Source: Phoronis australis (taxonomy: Eukaryota; Animalia; Phoronida). Taken from it: a DNA stretch of 64,000 nt. Positions 24,702-39,642 of this stretch are shown here, piece by piece. The stretch spans positions 1,414,780 to 1,478,779 of the forward strand of contig NMRA01000024.1 in NCBI GenBank assembly GCA_002633005.1, in the 5' to 3' direction. Below the pieces are notes generated by a model. It had not been told where the DNA came from and searched no databases. It was given only the letters and a program-made list of their open reading frames with translations. The first letter of the stretch is position 1. Every line of letters begins with the position of its first letter. The translations under genes and the position numbers were made by a program.

Positions 24702-25670
24702 TTAGGGACGAGGTGGGGGGAAAACTGACATGCGGATGTATCCCTCGACAGCGTCGGACTTTCAGCGGCCCATGCGTTGGATGACGGGCTCCGGGAGGCC
24801 GAGAGCGTCGGCAGAGGTAGCGGCGCCGATGCGGAAATTGTGAGACTTGTAGAGGGAAGGGTCAAGGGAGGCAGAGGTTATGACGGCATTGAGCTGGTGG
24901 GTGAAGAAGGAACGTGTGACGGGGGAGGAGTCGGCGATACGGAAAAGGGGGCCAGACAAATGGAGGGATAAGGCCAGGTAGGTCCGGAGCTGGGCAACAG
25001 GACAATAAGGAGAGGGAGAGGAAGGAATGTGAAGGGTAACGGGGGCGGAATGGTGGTGTTTGAAATTGGAGATGGTGACGGTCATGTAGGGGGGTTGAGA
25101 GGGTGGGGAGAAAAATTGGACGGAAGAGCGTTGGAGGGTGAGCGAGGGATCGGAGGAAAGGGAAAGGAGGGTAAATTCGCCGATACGGAGGAAGGCGTGG
25201 AACGCAAGGAGGAACATGGCCTTAAAGAGGGCGATGTTGAAGGGATTGTGAATGCAAGAAAGGATAGAGTCGATGAGGGAGGTGAGGATGTCATAGGTGA
25301 TGGGGAGACGGGTGTCGGAGGAGGGACGTGATTTGGAAACTCCGCGAAGGCGAAGAAGTCGGCGAATGTAGAAGGAGGAGGTAGGGTCGGGGAGGGAGTG
25401 GAGCTTATGGACGAAACTGAGAGCCGAAACATAGGAATGTATGGTGGCGGATGAGAAACCAGAGTAGAGGTGGGCGATGTAGGGGGACAGAGTGGCCGAG
25501 GACACGGGAAAGAGGGGTCGGAGGAGGGACTGGGTGGAGTGGAAGGAGGTGAAATGGTGGACAATGCGGGAGTAAGCGCAAATGGTAGCGGGTGCGAGGG
25601 ATGAGGAGTGGAGGGGGTCTAGAATGTGAGGAGGGCTGGAGGGATAGGGGTAGTGGTCCGGTCGAGCCAC
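24702..25670 (-). pseudogene. Ngaro tyrosine recombinase with premature stop
   Basis: ORF 24762-25670 has R (LRIGE) and HxxR (HNFR); after IQRMGR a TGA replaces the expected Trp and the frame continues KSDAVEGYIRMSVFPPPRP* to 24702. Confidence 0.85.
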
Positions 25671-27250
25671 GGAGCCATGGAGAAGGCGTCCTGAAATTGA
25701 AAACGAGAGAGCCTATCAGCGACAAAGTTGGAGGAGCCGGGAACATGTTGAGGCGAAGACAGGAGACTACGAGACGGCGAACAAGACGCATGAATCCCTG
25801 TTGACCGATGAAAATTTGTTGATAATTTCGACCACAGCAGAGTTGTCGCACATGAAAAGGAGGCGGTGGTTGGAGAGCTTGTGACCCCAAATCTCAATGG
25901 AGAGGACGATTGGGAAGAGTTTTTTGAAAGTGATGAGGAAGTCAGAGGTAGACGGGAGCCAGTGGCCCGAGAACCAGGGGGAGCCGAGGATAGCATCGAA
26001 GACGCCGTGGACCGAAGCGGCATCAATGTAGAGCTTGGTGGATGCAGACGAAACCCACTTGTCGAAGAGAAGCAGACTGGGATTTACCATTGAAGTGCCG
26101 GAGAAAGAGGAGCCAGGAGCGGATGTCGGCGCGGGCCTCCTTGTTGAGTGTAACGTGGTGGTGGGGACGGTGGAGTCCCTGGGTGAGGTCGATTAGGCGG
26201 CGGAGAAAGGCACGGCCTGGCAAAATGACCAAGCAAGCGAAGTTGAGGAGGTCGATGAGCTATTGCATGTCGCGGAGGGTGACCGTGCGCTTACGTTGGA
26301 AGTTGAAGAGCCGCTCCTGGACCTTGTCAAGCTTGTCCAGGGGCAGAGATGCAGACATAGTAGAGGTGTCGAGATGACTGCCGAAGAGAGTGAGGGATGT
26401 CGTGGGGGGGAACAGTCTTATCCCGGTTGATCGGGACACCAACGGAGGAACAGAGTAGAAGGAAACTGTTGAGATTCTGGGAACACTTGGAGGAGGCGGG
26501 GGAACCGATGAAGAAAAAATCGTCGAGAAGTTGACAGGTACCTGACGCCTGGAATTTGGATTCCATAATCCATTGGAGGGATGTGCTGATGCGTTCGAAT
26601 ATGTTGCAAGAAGAATCTAGGCCAAAGGGAAGGCACCGGTCATAATAGAACTGACCATCCCAGGTGAAACCCAAGAACTCGTAGTCGGAGGGGTGGTCAG
26701 GGATCAGGCGGAAAGCATCCTGGATGTCGGTCTTGGCCATGAGAGAATTGCCGCCAAAGGTAAGGATGGAGATGATGGCCGTGTCGACAGATTGGTACTG
26801 AACCTCGGTGAGGTGAGAGGGTATGAAGGCGTTGACGGATTGGTGGTCGCGGGATGAGTAGGAGAGATTGTGGATGAGGCTGAATTTGTTGGGCTCCTTT
26901 TTGGGGAAGAGGCCCAAGGGCGACACGACGAAATCAGGAAAGGGGGGGGGGGGGGCGAAGAGAAAGAGCCCGCATAACGAGACGCAAAAGTCTCCTTGGT
27001 GATTTTCTGGAGGGTGATGGCGGGGTTGGAAAGAGCAGAGGGGTGATTATGAGGGGCGGGGGGCGGAAAAGTGGATGTGACACCGAGACGCAAACCATGA
27101 GTGAATCCTTCCAGGATGTATCGAGAGAGGGAAGGATTGAAACCGTGAAGGTAGGCCCTAAAGGAGTCTACGTTTATTGGTGTGGGAAGTGGATGCAGAG
27201 GGGGAAGGACGTTTGCGGCATGTTTTGCGAGCCAGGGTGATTGCCGCTGC
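25600..27250 (-). pseudogene. Ngaro reverse transcriptase-RNase H, frameshifted
   Basis: Split across ORFs 26704-27357, 26327-26926, 26260-26442, 26023-26232, 25767-26090 and the tail of 25619-26026 (HVPGSSNFVADRLSR); one shift at the G run 26942-26955. Confidence 0.85.
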
Positions 27251-27339
27251 AGAACGAACAGGAGTGGAGGTAAGGACACTGGGACGGATATGTTTGGGGC
27301 AGGTGGCGGAGTTGTACAACCATCGTCTCCGTTGTCGGC

Positions 27340-27580
27340 GTCATCGTCATTCAACATCCATCATCGTCATCATCATCATCATCATTATCATCATCATCAT
27401 CACTAACGTCAACTTTACCAACATGCAGCAGCAGCATGCAGCAGCATCAGAACACCAGCAGCAGCAGCAATGGCGGCGGCAACAGCACCACCTCCACTCC
27501 CACCACCACACGCTAAAGCACAATAAGCTACAACATCACCAACGACACCAGTACCACCATCACCACCACCTTCACCTTCA
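27340..27580. repeat. (CAT)n/(CAG)n/(CAC)n trinucleotide tract, homologous to 4320-4580
   Basis: Read directly; same intronic position in both GCNT paralogs. Confidence 0.85.
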
Positions 27581-28131
27581 ACACAGTGCACCTACACAAA
27601 ATATAGGCCTAGCTCCCTTAATGCTGATGTAAACCTTTAAAATGTAGATTTATGCCTATACGTGTTCCTTAAAATTAAATGATAAAATCCGCACTCCCAC
27701 CTTGACTAAGTATAAAGTCGGTGGCCGACTGAGGTCATGGAAGAGTAGAGGTGTATTTTGGCCTGTTTAGCTGCATGGCTAAACCATAAACGATAATCAA
27801 ATTAGGTCATTCACTTTTATAATATCGGCGTCATAGTATTCCTAACCGTGATAAGATCCTGTTCCCCTCGTTATCAATAAGATCATGAAACCACGAATAA
27901 ATAAACCAAGAAAACGTTTCACAGCTTATTGGTGTTGGCCGTCTCTAAATGTGCGAGTTCGAAAATGGCTCGTGTACGCATTGCTGGAGAAGGCACGGTA
28001 ATCTAAATGGAATCCGTATCACGGAAAGGAATACGTTGATGCTCCTAAGTATGAGTATGAAAACCTAATTCACCAACTAAACAGGGCGAATGCAGGCAGG
28101 TGTGAATATCAGATTAATGTCACTGACTCAC

Positions 28132-28256
28132 CTGCCGTGCAATAAAAATTGAAAAAAGTACTGTATGATGCGTGTGCAAGGTGGTACTTGCCAATCACAG
28201 TTAGATCCACCAGCTGCGCCAGCACCGCAATCGATGGATAAATTTAGTAATAACAT
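28132..28256 (-). other. Probable upstream exon of GCNT paralog B
   Basis: Donor GGCAG|GTGAGT at 28132; homologous to 5776-5885; an open phase-2 frame from ATG 28256 (MLLLNLSIDCGAG...FLLHGR) would splice in frame to acceptor 19494, but it may be UTR. Confidence 0.45.
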
Positions 28257-29450
28257 CAGGGTGTTCCATTGAAACAGGAACCGCGGTGTAAAACGTATAT
28301 TCCGGAGTCGAAAATAGACTCCCGCACCTTCAAAACAGCAAACCAGCCTGAAAAAAAGAAACCCGGCATTTTAAAACAGAAAACCCGGGGATCAGACAGC
28401 CGGACAATTTTTCAAATCGTGTTCCGAGACCGTTTTCAATAGCCTCAAACTTTGAGTTAAAGCATCTTCAAGTACTTTCCAGTTGTTTTTTTTTTTGCAT
28501 ATGCTAGTTAAAAACTTTAAAACATAACTTATATTGACATTTTATTTGATGATTATCGGTAAAACTCGTGCAACTCGTCTGTTGGCGAATTTCTACATAA
28601 TATGTACTCTAGTAATCTTTACACGTTGTCATCTCGGTGAATACTTAGTTAATTTGAGATTATTCAATAGTGTCATCTCCAAAAGTATTTTCAAAAATCA
28701 GAAAAACAAAAAATGTTCTTTCGACTTTCGAGTGCGGGGCTCTAAACCATATGAGAGATTATCCAACAATTAATATATGGCAATTTTGCCCTTAGTTTTT
28801 GCTTTTTCGGAAACCCGCCAGTCTATCAAGTTAAACTTCTTTCAAATGTCGGAATAGCCATTACAGATAAAAACATGCCACGTCTTGAGTCAAATTTTGT
28901 ACAAGACATTAACAATAGCCCTAAAAACGAAATACCGAGGGTGTTCTTCCTTTTCAGATCTTGTAGTTGAGAGGAATTAATGCTAAAAGCTCATAGAACC
29001 TGCCACTAAACGCGCATTTTCTCAGCTGCATGGCGAAGTATTGTGCCCGCCGTGCCCTCCCCTGGCATGTATTTGAAAGCAAACACAATGTCAGTTACTC
29101 AAAGCTTCAAGAATGGAAAATACATGCAAGTCGGACACCGAGCGCACCTCCTCCCCGGCGAGTCCCGAGGAACGGGAAAAAACAGGGTCACTACGTAGAC
29201 CTTTGCAGAAACCCAAGATGCTGCAAGATTTCGCTACTCTTTCGCAAAGCGACGTGAATTATCACGCATTCATGATTTTTTTATCCAATATAATAGGTAC
29301 AGTACAGATCTCACAATTACACAATACAGTAACTTTTTTGTTTAGTCAAGGAGCAGTTAAGATCAACTTAAAGTGTTGATATGAACAAAGGTAATTTAAC
29401 ATTAAAGACAAATTCATAATAAACAAAAACGGTTAAGACCTTGCCAGCGC

Positions 29451-30075
29451 TCTGTAAATTCACCGCACTTCCATTTTGTTTATGTATATAAACCGTTCAG
29501 TGGAAATGTGAAATGCAACTTCCTTTTAAACAGTGCAAGGCAGCGATTTTTGCACTTTAACCTTTGTTTATAAATGCGGTACTTGCCGAGGCAAAGAACC
29601 ATACTTTGTAAAACCGCTTCCATTGAACTGATTGTAAGGACACTTCTTAACTATGTCCAACAGCATCCAGTGGCGGATTTAGAGGGGAGCCAAGGGGGCC
29701 ATGACCCTTAAAACTCCCAGATTCCATTTGGCATGTCGGAGGTGCGCCGTCTGACGGGCAAAATCCTNTCTGTAAATTCACCGCACTTCCATTTTGTTTA
29801 TGTATATAAACCGTTCAGTGGAAATGTGAAATGCAACTTCCTTTTTAAACAGTGCAAGGCAGCGATTTTTGCACTTTAACCTTTGTTTATAAATGCGGTA
29901 CTTGCCATACTTTGTAAAACCGCTTCCACCTGAACTGATTGTAAGGACACTTCTTAACTATGTCCAACAGCATCCAGTGGCGGATTTAGAGGGGAGCCAA
30001 GGGGGCCATGACCCCATAAAACTCCCAGATTCCATTTGGCAGGTCGGGGGTGCGCCGTCTGATGGGCAAAATCCT
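29451..30075. repeat. Tandem duplicate 29451-29767 / 29769-30075 across N29768
   Basis: Near-identical copies with a 13-bp indel, joined at N. Confidence 0.85.
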
Positions 30076-30127
30076 GGCTAATACTCTGCCCTGGCCCCCC
30101 TAAATAAAAATCCTGTATCCGCCCCTG
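29975..30127. mobile_element. 153-bp MITE, 5-bp TSD GCATC (partial duplicates 29668-29767 and 31796-31839)
   Basis: CAGTGGCGGAT ... ATCCGCCCCTG flanked by GCATC at 29970-29974 and 30128-30132. Confidence 0.85.
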
Positions 30128-33100
30128 GCATCTTCGAGCCAATTATTGACATTAGTCCAAAATTGCCGAGTAACGTTACAAGACCTGTGCAATGGACAAT
30201 AGATTTCATCTAAGCAAAACTACACATTGAGCTATCAGTTACGCTAATCTTGTATAAATTCATTACAGCTTATAGTTCTATGAACCAGCCTAAACTGGAA
30301 CCATCTCAGAGAAACATCTTCGGTGAATGAATATATGTGAGAAAAACATTGTACCGCCATTCTGTAGTATCCGGGAGATTTAAATTTTCATCCACTTCCT
30401 TTGACACGTTTTTTTCACAATTTTGTGAATATAACTTACGTGGTAAATTTTATTTACTCCTCTAACATCTCCCAAAATAACTTCGATGTACTGTGGACCA
30501 CGCGGTAAAATTACTTGTCGCGCAATTAAGTATGCGTCAAATATCATCACGTTCACGCCGCTTCGCGAAACCTCTCTGTTGCTGCACAGATAACAGGCTT
30601 GACACCTGACCGTACTAAATTAGCTAACTCGAGATTATTGCGTCTACGGAACTGAACCCTGATAGAGTAGGCAAAGTAAAATTCAGTAATGGTTCCATGT
30701 ACAAGACGACATAAAATAATCAATTTTGTGCCCTGTATATAATGCTTAAGGAATATCCAGATAAAAAGTTCATGGAGATTTCACGTCCATTTGTGCACAC
30801 CGCTTGTGCGAAGTCGAAACGAAGGATGCGTCAATTGAACGTCCGTTTGTAATCAATTTGAAATGGAACGGCATTACATTTGACGATTTAATTCATAGTC
30901 AAGCGTTTCCCTTAGTTTAGAAAAGCATCACCACTGAGCATATCGAATATGGTTATGAATTAAAGCAACCAAAACCGAACTGCCTTAAAACGAATCTGAT
31001 GTGAAACGTTCGCTCCACAAGAGTTGTATATAAGTTGGTTTGCTTACAATGTTTTTTCAAGAGCCCAAAGGGTGGTAGCCCCGTTTTACCGTTTACTGGT
31101 GGAAGTTATTTCACAGAGTATTTCGGTGAAACTGCAAAAATATCCCTTTGCAAGCATCTACCAAGGAGCATCTCAGTAGTAAGAGACTTCACTATATACT
31201 ATATTACATGTTTATCAAGCCATACTTGGTTGGTGGTGGTTATGCTTTTGCAGATGCCACTTGCTATACATGTTCTTTAGCATAATATAAAGGCCTTCAT
31301 GGAGAAGTCCCTTTGTTCAAACTGGAGATACAACTGAACTGCCTTACAATGCACCTGGTTAATAAACTTCATTCAATATAACGTTACTACTAACGTTTTT
31401 AAATGTTTAAAACACCCCAGCCTGCTAGATCGGCACTTGGACGCCCAATGAACATTGGTTTTAACAGTAGCTCAGGAAGCTCATTGGCCTATCCAGAATG
31501 TAAACCATGCATTCAACCTCAATACACTACACACGCATGTTGCTACACATACCCCTCAAGGTTATATAGGACCATACAAACATGCCCAAATTTGGAACAG
31601 GACATCTCGGAAATGGCCCAACAGATTCATATGAAACTTTCAGCGATTTATGCTTCAGGGCTTCCTACTTTCCGAAAATACTTTTAAACTCAAAATCTTG
31701 TTTCCTAGGTATTTGGCTAAATGCAAACTTGTAAAGGTGCCACACACCTCTAACAGCAATTAGGCTTGGGGTCACCACATTGGGCAGCCTGAGANCTCTG
31801 CCCTGGTCCCCCTAAATAAAAATCCTGTATCCGCCCCTGGCATCTTCGAGCCAATTATTGACATTAGTCCAAAATTGCCGAGTAACGTTACAAGACCAGT
31901 GCAATGGACAATAGATTTCATCTAAGCAAAACTACACATTGAGCTATCAGTTACGCTAATCTTGTATAAATTCATTACAGCTATAATTCTATGAACCAGC
32001 CTAAACTGGAACCATCTCAGAGAAACATCTTCGGTGAATGAATAGATGTGAGAAAGACATTGTACCGCCATTCTGTAGTATTCGGGAGATTTAAATTTTC
32101 ATCCACTTCCTTTGACACGTTTTTTCACAATTTTGTGAATATAAATTACGTGGTAAATTTTATTTACACCTCTGACATCTCCCAAAATAACTTCGATGTA
32201 CTGTGGACGACGCGGTAAAATTACTTGTCGCGCAATTAAGTATGCGTCAAATATCATCACGTTCACGCCGCTTCGCGAAACCTCTCTGTTGCTGTACAGA
32301 TAACAGGCTTGACACCTGACCGTACTAAATTAGCTTACTCGATATTATTGCGTCTACGGAACTGAACCCTGATAGAGTAGGCAAAGTAAAATTCAGTAAT
32401 GGTTCCATGTACAAGACGACACAAAATAATCAATTTTGTGCCCTGTATATAATGCTTAAGGAATATCCAGATAAAAAGTCCATGGAGATTTCACGTCCAT
32501 TTGTGCACACCACTTGTGCGAAGTCGAAACGAAGGATGCGTCAATTGAACGTCCGTTTGTAATCAACTTGAAATGGAACGGCATTACATTTGACGATTTA
32601 ATTCATGGTCAAGCGTTTCCCTTAGTTTAGAAAAGCATCACCACTGAGCATATCGAATATGGTTATGAATTAAAGCAACCAAAACCGAACTGCCTTAAAA
32701 CGAATCTGATGTGAAACGTTCGCTCCTCAAGAGTTGTATACAAGTTGGTTTGCTTACAATGTTTTTTCAAGAGCCCAAAGGGTGGTAGCCCCGTTTTACC
32801 GTTTACTGGTGGAAGTTATTTCACAAAGCATTTCGGTGAAACTGCAAAAATATCCCTTTGCAAGCATCTACCAAGGAGCAGCTCAGTAGTAAGAGACTTC
32901 ACTATATACTATATTACATGTTTATCAAGCCATACTTGGTTGGTGGTGGTTATGCTTTTGCAGATGCCACTTGCTATACATGTTCTTTAGCATAATATAA
33001 AGGCGTTCATGGAGAAGTCCCTTTGTTCAGACTGGAGATACAACTGAACTGCCTTACAATGCACCTGGTTAATCAACTTCATTCAATATAACGTTACTAC

Positions 33101-33504
33101 CAACGTTTTTAAATGTTTAAAACACCCCAGCCTGCTAGATCGGCACTTGGACGCCCAATGAACATTGGTTTTAACAGTAGCTCTGGAAGCTCATTGGCCT
33201 ATCCAGAATGTAAACCATGCATTCAACCTCAATACACTAAACACGCATGTTGCTACACATACCCCTCAAGGTTATATAGGACCATAGAAACATGCCCAAA
33301 TTTGGAACAGGACATCTCGGAAATGGCCCAACAGATTCATATGAAACTTTCAGTGATTTATGCTTCAGGGCTTCCTACTTTCCGAAAATACTTTTAAACT
33401 CAAAATCTTGTTTCCTAGGTATTTGGCAAAATGCAAACTTGTAAAGGTGCCACACACCTCTAACAGCAATTAGGCTTGGGGTCACCACATTGGGCAGCCT
33501 GAGA
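30084..33504. repeat. Tandem duplicate 30084-31794 / 31796-33504 across N31795
   Basis: Near-identical 1.7-kb copies meeting exactly at a single N. Confidence 0.9.
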
Positions 33505-33836
33505 AATTGAGAAACCCATTTAAGATACCCTTATTAGAAATGTTAAGATCAACCCTTGCAAAAGGACAGAGATTTTATCCAAGGTAAAATCTGACCCATG
33601 AAGAGACTAGTGAATGAACTAGCAACATCATACCGGGGAACTTTGAATTGCTCGAAATTCGTGCTTATGGCAGTTTTACTGGGTGGTGTGAACAAAAGCT
33701 ATTAGGATCGCTTGGGGAATCATGAAATGATATAACACAAAACAAACATGTTCCATCACGTTTTTCAGTTATTATTTCGTCTGCAGTCATTACAACAAAT
33801 CATGGAAAGGAAGATCTAGCTCCAACTGGTGAGTAG

Positions 33837-36234
<2,398 letters not shown>

Positions 36235-36534
36235 TTCTAAAAGGTACCCGAAGCGTGAAATCTCAAGTTTAAAATTGCAGAAAATTTGATATCACGTCCA
36301 GAATACTTAAGTTTCAATGCGAAGCATACATGGTCAATTTTGAAATGATAACCGTGGTTGTCAAAGGTTAAGTTCAAATAATGAATACTTCAATAAATAG
36401 ACACAAAATAAGAAACCAGTGTCATTATAAGCAATTTATATTTGATTTGTGAATACAAATGTCTTGTGACATGGAAAGATTATGAGGATTAAAACGAATT
36501 TTCGAGAAGACGGGGAACAGTCAACCTCCCTCAC

Positions 36535-36560
36535 CTAAGTTCCGGAAATGAGAGGCAGGA
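36535..36560 (-). promoter_or_regulatory. RPS2: RPS2 short non-coding exon 1 with 5'TOP/TCT-like start
   Basis: Minus strand reads TCCTGCCTCTCATTTCCGGAACTTAG|GTGAGG: pyrimidine-rich start and donor at 36535/36534, matching acceptor TTTTTAG|AAATG at 36236. Typical ribosomal-protein gene architecture. Confidence 0.7.
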
Positions 36561-37231
36561 ATTTGATAACTTACGAGAAAACACGAGAGTTTGCTTCGGG
36601 ATTCAAGAAAACTCCTCTTGTGTGTTGGCTAATGCTGCTAACAACAGAGTATACCACTGAGTATTCTACAATGCTTTTATAACGCATTTGGGCTGAAAAG
36701 GCTTCATTCCAAGGAGCACGAAAGTTGCTGCAAAAGAGGGAAAATACCAGTGGCGAAACAGCTAGCGACGTGCAATTTGCAGCCCTGGCTCACCTCCACT
36801 GCTCCAGACAAAACTCACCCCTCCCGTCGAATCTGGCTCTGAAATCAGGCCTACGTTACGTCTAGTGCTAACTCTGACAGAGATGGAAGTGGAAAGTTTA
36901 TAAAAGTTATTTGCTCTGTAAGTTATTTATAATGAGCCTGTGGTCGATTACTTTATGAACTGCATTGGCAATAGATACTGCTTCATGTGCTTGTTGCAAC
37001 GGTTCCTGGTTTTCAGAACTTCGCAATTCACACGATGCACGATGATCATCGTAGACGTAGTTGGCACTGATCGGATATAGGCCTATAGCTAGGCAACGTA
37101 GCCCCTCGACTGACTCATAACGTAGAATTGAGGACTTGACAGGGACCTCAGGCGACTCACACTCCACTGATTTATCCACATTATTTTGAAAACATTTTGC
37201 CCTGTCACACATTGTGTGTCATAAAAGAGAT

Positions 37232-37298
37232 TAGGCAATGACCATCGCCTCTGTTGGCCGGTCTGGTTCGGGCCAACAGAGGCGATGGTCATTGCCTA
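37232..37298. mobile_element. 67-bp hairpin MITE, perfect 28-bp TIRs, 9-bp TSD
   Basis: TAGGCAATGACCATCGCCTCTGTTGGCC + 11-nt spacer + exact reverse complement; AAAAGAGAT at 37223-37231 and 37299-37307. Confidence 0.85.
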
Positions 37299-38589
37299 AA
37301 AAGAGATAAGCATACCTGCAGCTGACGCAGCAAGTAGAACTACTCTCGTTTGTCACATTGGTGTAGACTCGCAGTAGAACAGTAATTTTCTGTTGACCCC
37401 ATACCGTCCTGAGGTGCACCATACTAGTATACCAACTACGGACGGTCTCTCACGATGATTTAGCGTTATGTGGCATACACCTGCAGCATCCACATGCTTC
37501 ATCAGCCAAACTGGCCATCTTTGGAAAATAGAAGAGCTGACGTGAAACTTTTCACTCTACAAAATTTGGTTGCAATCAATGCTGCTGACTACTTACTTAG
37601 TTACTAACCTAATCCCATTGAGGTCTAAGACTAAGTACTTGCTGTTCGAGGCACAGCCATCCACTCTCATTCCGTATTCTATAATAGTAGGCACTCCTTA
37701 TAAAGTCTAGTGTTAAGCGAACAAGCATGGCCTATTTTTTGCAAATTACACATCAACTGTGAGAATAGGCCACCCACCAATTAAGGACCATAATGAATCT
37801 GTGGCATTAAAATAGGTTCCTGTGTTCTACTTGGAAGATTGACGCCAACCGATGCATTACCAGGACTGATTGAGGATTGAAGGAAATCATCAAAACAGTG
37901 TCATTATCTTTGAAATCCATTGCTTAGGTTCTTGTTTTGTTTAGTAGGGAAACTTAGTTTGGGCTTTCTTTACTGTACCGACTTAGTGTTTCTACTTGCA
38001 ATGAGTAGGGTGGAGTTTTTCGATTGCTTCATTGGGATTCTTCACTGTTAAGTTGATTCATATCTGTTTGAAGATTGAGACTTCGCCTCGACATATTTGG
38101 TGTTGCAACCCCTACTAGTAATTAGGTCAAGTAAAAAACCCACAAATATACAGTGGAATGAATCCCAGTTCACGGAGGGTAACCTAGCTGTTGATGGAAT
38201 CAATAAACTTGGTTGGTGTCTGTATAATGCTTTGTCACTGAAAATATTTTAAAAATGAAATAGCATGCGAGTTTGAATAAATAACAAATTGTAATATGGC
38301 TATAAGTGCATGAGTCATTATTTGATTGTCTCAGCAGATGTTTTGTTTTGTAGTTGCTCACATGAATCAATGGATACTGAAGTTGACCAAGAGCCTGAGG
38401 TAAAATCTTAAAATTAAATATGCAATATTCTTGCATGCAACTCTTAATTAATTACCTTCTTCTAAGTGTTAAAAATGCCTGTGGTGTGTTAGGTAGGGCA
38501 TGCATATTGAGCTGTGTATAAATGTAACTATGCTGCGAAAATGCATAAATATCACTTTGCAAGCATACAAAGCATAATGCAAATATGGA

Positions 38590-38960
38590 TCGTTCCAAGG
38601 GTGATATCAGGTCTTACTGACCGAGAGAGAGAGCAGTATCGCCCAAGGACAGATGGCGACAGCAATACTGCTCTCCCGAGGTCTGTATTACCTGATACGC
38701 CCAAGAGATTGGTCTATACTTGTTTTGTTACAAAATCACTGATGCTTCCTTCCTCCGATGTTTCAGTTTCTTATTAGATTAGGTTGTTCTTACCTGCTTT
38801 GATGTACCTTCCATTCAGTAGCTAGGGTTATGGTTTCTAGTGGTTAGATTGTGAATAGCCTCGTTCAAACGGTATGAATGGAAAGTGATATTCCTCACTA
38901 AGCTGGTTTATTATTACGTCATATCGGAAGTTGTCGTTCCACCTTTCAGAGGACAGGGGT
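38590..38960. repeat. Dispersed repeat family shared with 8446-8960 (related pieces near 19670-19770 and 56590-56700)
   Basis: Shared CTCTCCCGAGGTC...TATACTT...TTATTAGAT...GAATG.AAA...CACTAAG.TGG blocks. Confidence 0.5.
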
Positions 38961-39642
38961 GTTATTACGGTAGTAGGTTATTACATTGTGAAGCTGTTGC
39001 TTCCTGCCTAGACCAGGCCCCGAGTGAGTTTTGAAGAATTGTCACCCGCCATCAAGATACAGGAAATAACTGCAAAGGATATGCAATAATCTGTTGACAC
39101 CCTATTTTGACTTATGATCTCTGCAAATCTCACAAAAATCACCGTACTATTAGATTNTCTCCCGAGGTCCGTATTACCTGATACGCCCAAGAGATTGGTC
39201 TATACTTGTTTTGTTACAAAATCACTGATGCTTCCTTCCACCGATGTTTCAGTTTCTTATTAGATTAGGTTGTTCTTACCTGCTTTGATGTACCTTCCAT
39301 TCAGTAGCTAGGGTTATGGTTTCTAGTGGTTAGATTGTGAATAGCCTCGTTCAAACGGTATGAATGGAAAGTGATATTCCTCACTAAGCTGGTTTATTAT
39401 TACGTCATATCGGAAGTTGTCGTTCCACCTTTCAGAGGACAGGGGTGTTATTACGGTAGTAGGTTATTACATTGTGAAGCTGTTGTTTCCTGCCTAGACC
39501 AGGCCCCGAGTGAGTTTTGAAGAATTGTCACCCGCCATCAAGATACAGGAAATAACTGCAAAGGATATGCAATAATTTGTTGACACCCTATTTTGACTTA
39601 TGATCTCTGCAAATCTCACAAAAATCACCGTACTAATAGATT
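38672..39642. repeat. Tandem duplicate 38672-39156 / 39158-39642 across N39157
   Basis: 485-bp copies differing by a few SNPs, joined at N. Confidence 0.9.

Larger units (their letters stand above)
23271..27315 (-). mobile_element. Ngaro/DIRS-group tyrosine-recombinase retrotransposon, 5'-truncated and decayed
   Basis: RT (KEPNKFSLIHNLS, MAKTDIQDAFRLIP, DRCLPFGL, LLDDFF), RNase H (LYIDAAS, FPIVLSIEIWG, CDNSAVV) and YR (FLRIGE, HNFRIGAAT) in DIRS order with frameshifts; two direct repeats (23271-23463, 23804-24000) at the 3' end; absent from the homologous intron of paralog A (about 4165-4230). Confidence 0.9.

Noticed and set aside
24777-27632. Plus-strand Gly/Arg/His/Gln-rich ORFs
   Set aside because: Antisense shadows of the C/T-rich Ngaro ORFs and of the (CAT)/(CAG) microsatellite.
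31035-33397. Paired ORFs 31035/32745 and 31403/33113 as duplicated genes
   Set aside because: No recognisable motifs or splice structure; pairing is due to the N31795 duplication.
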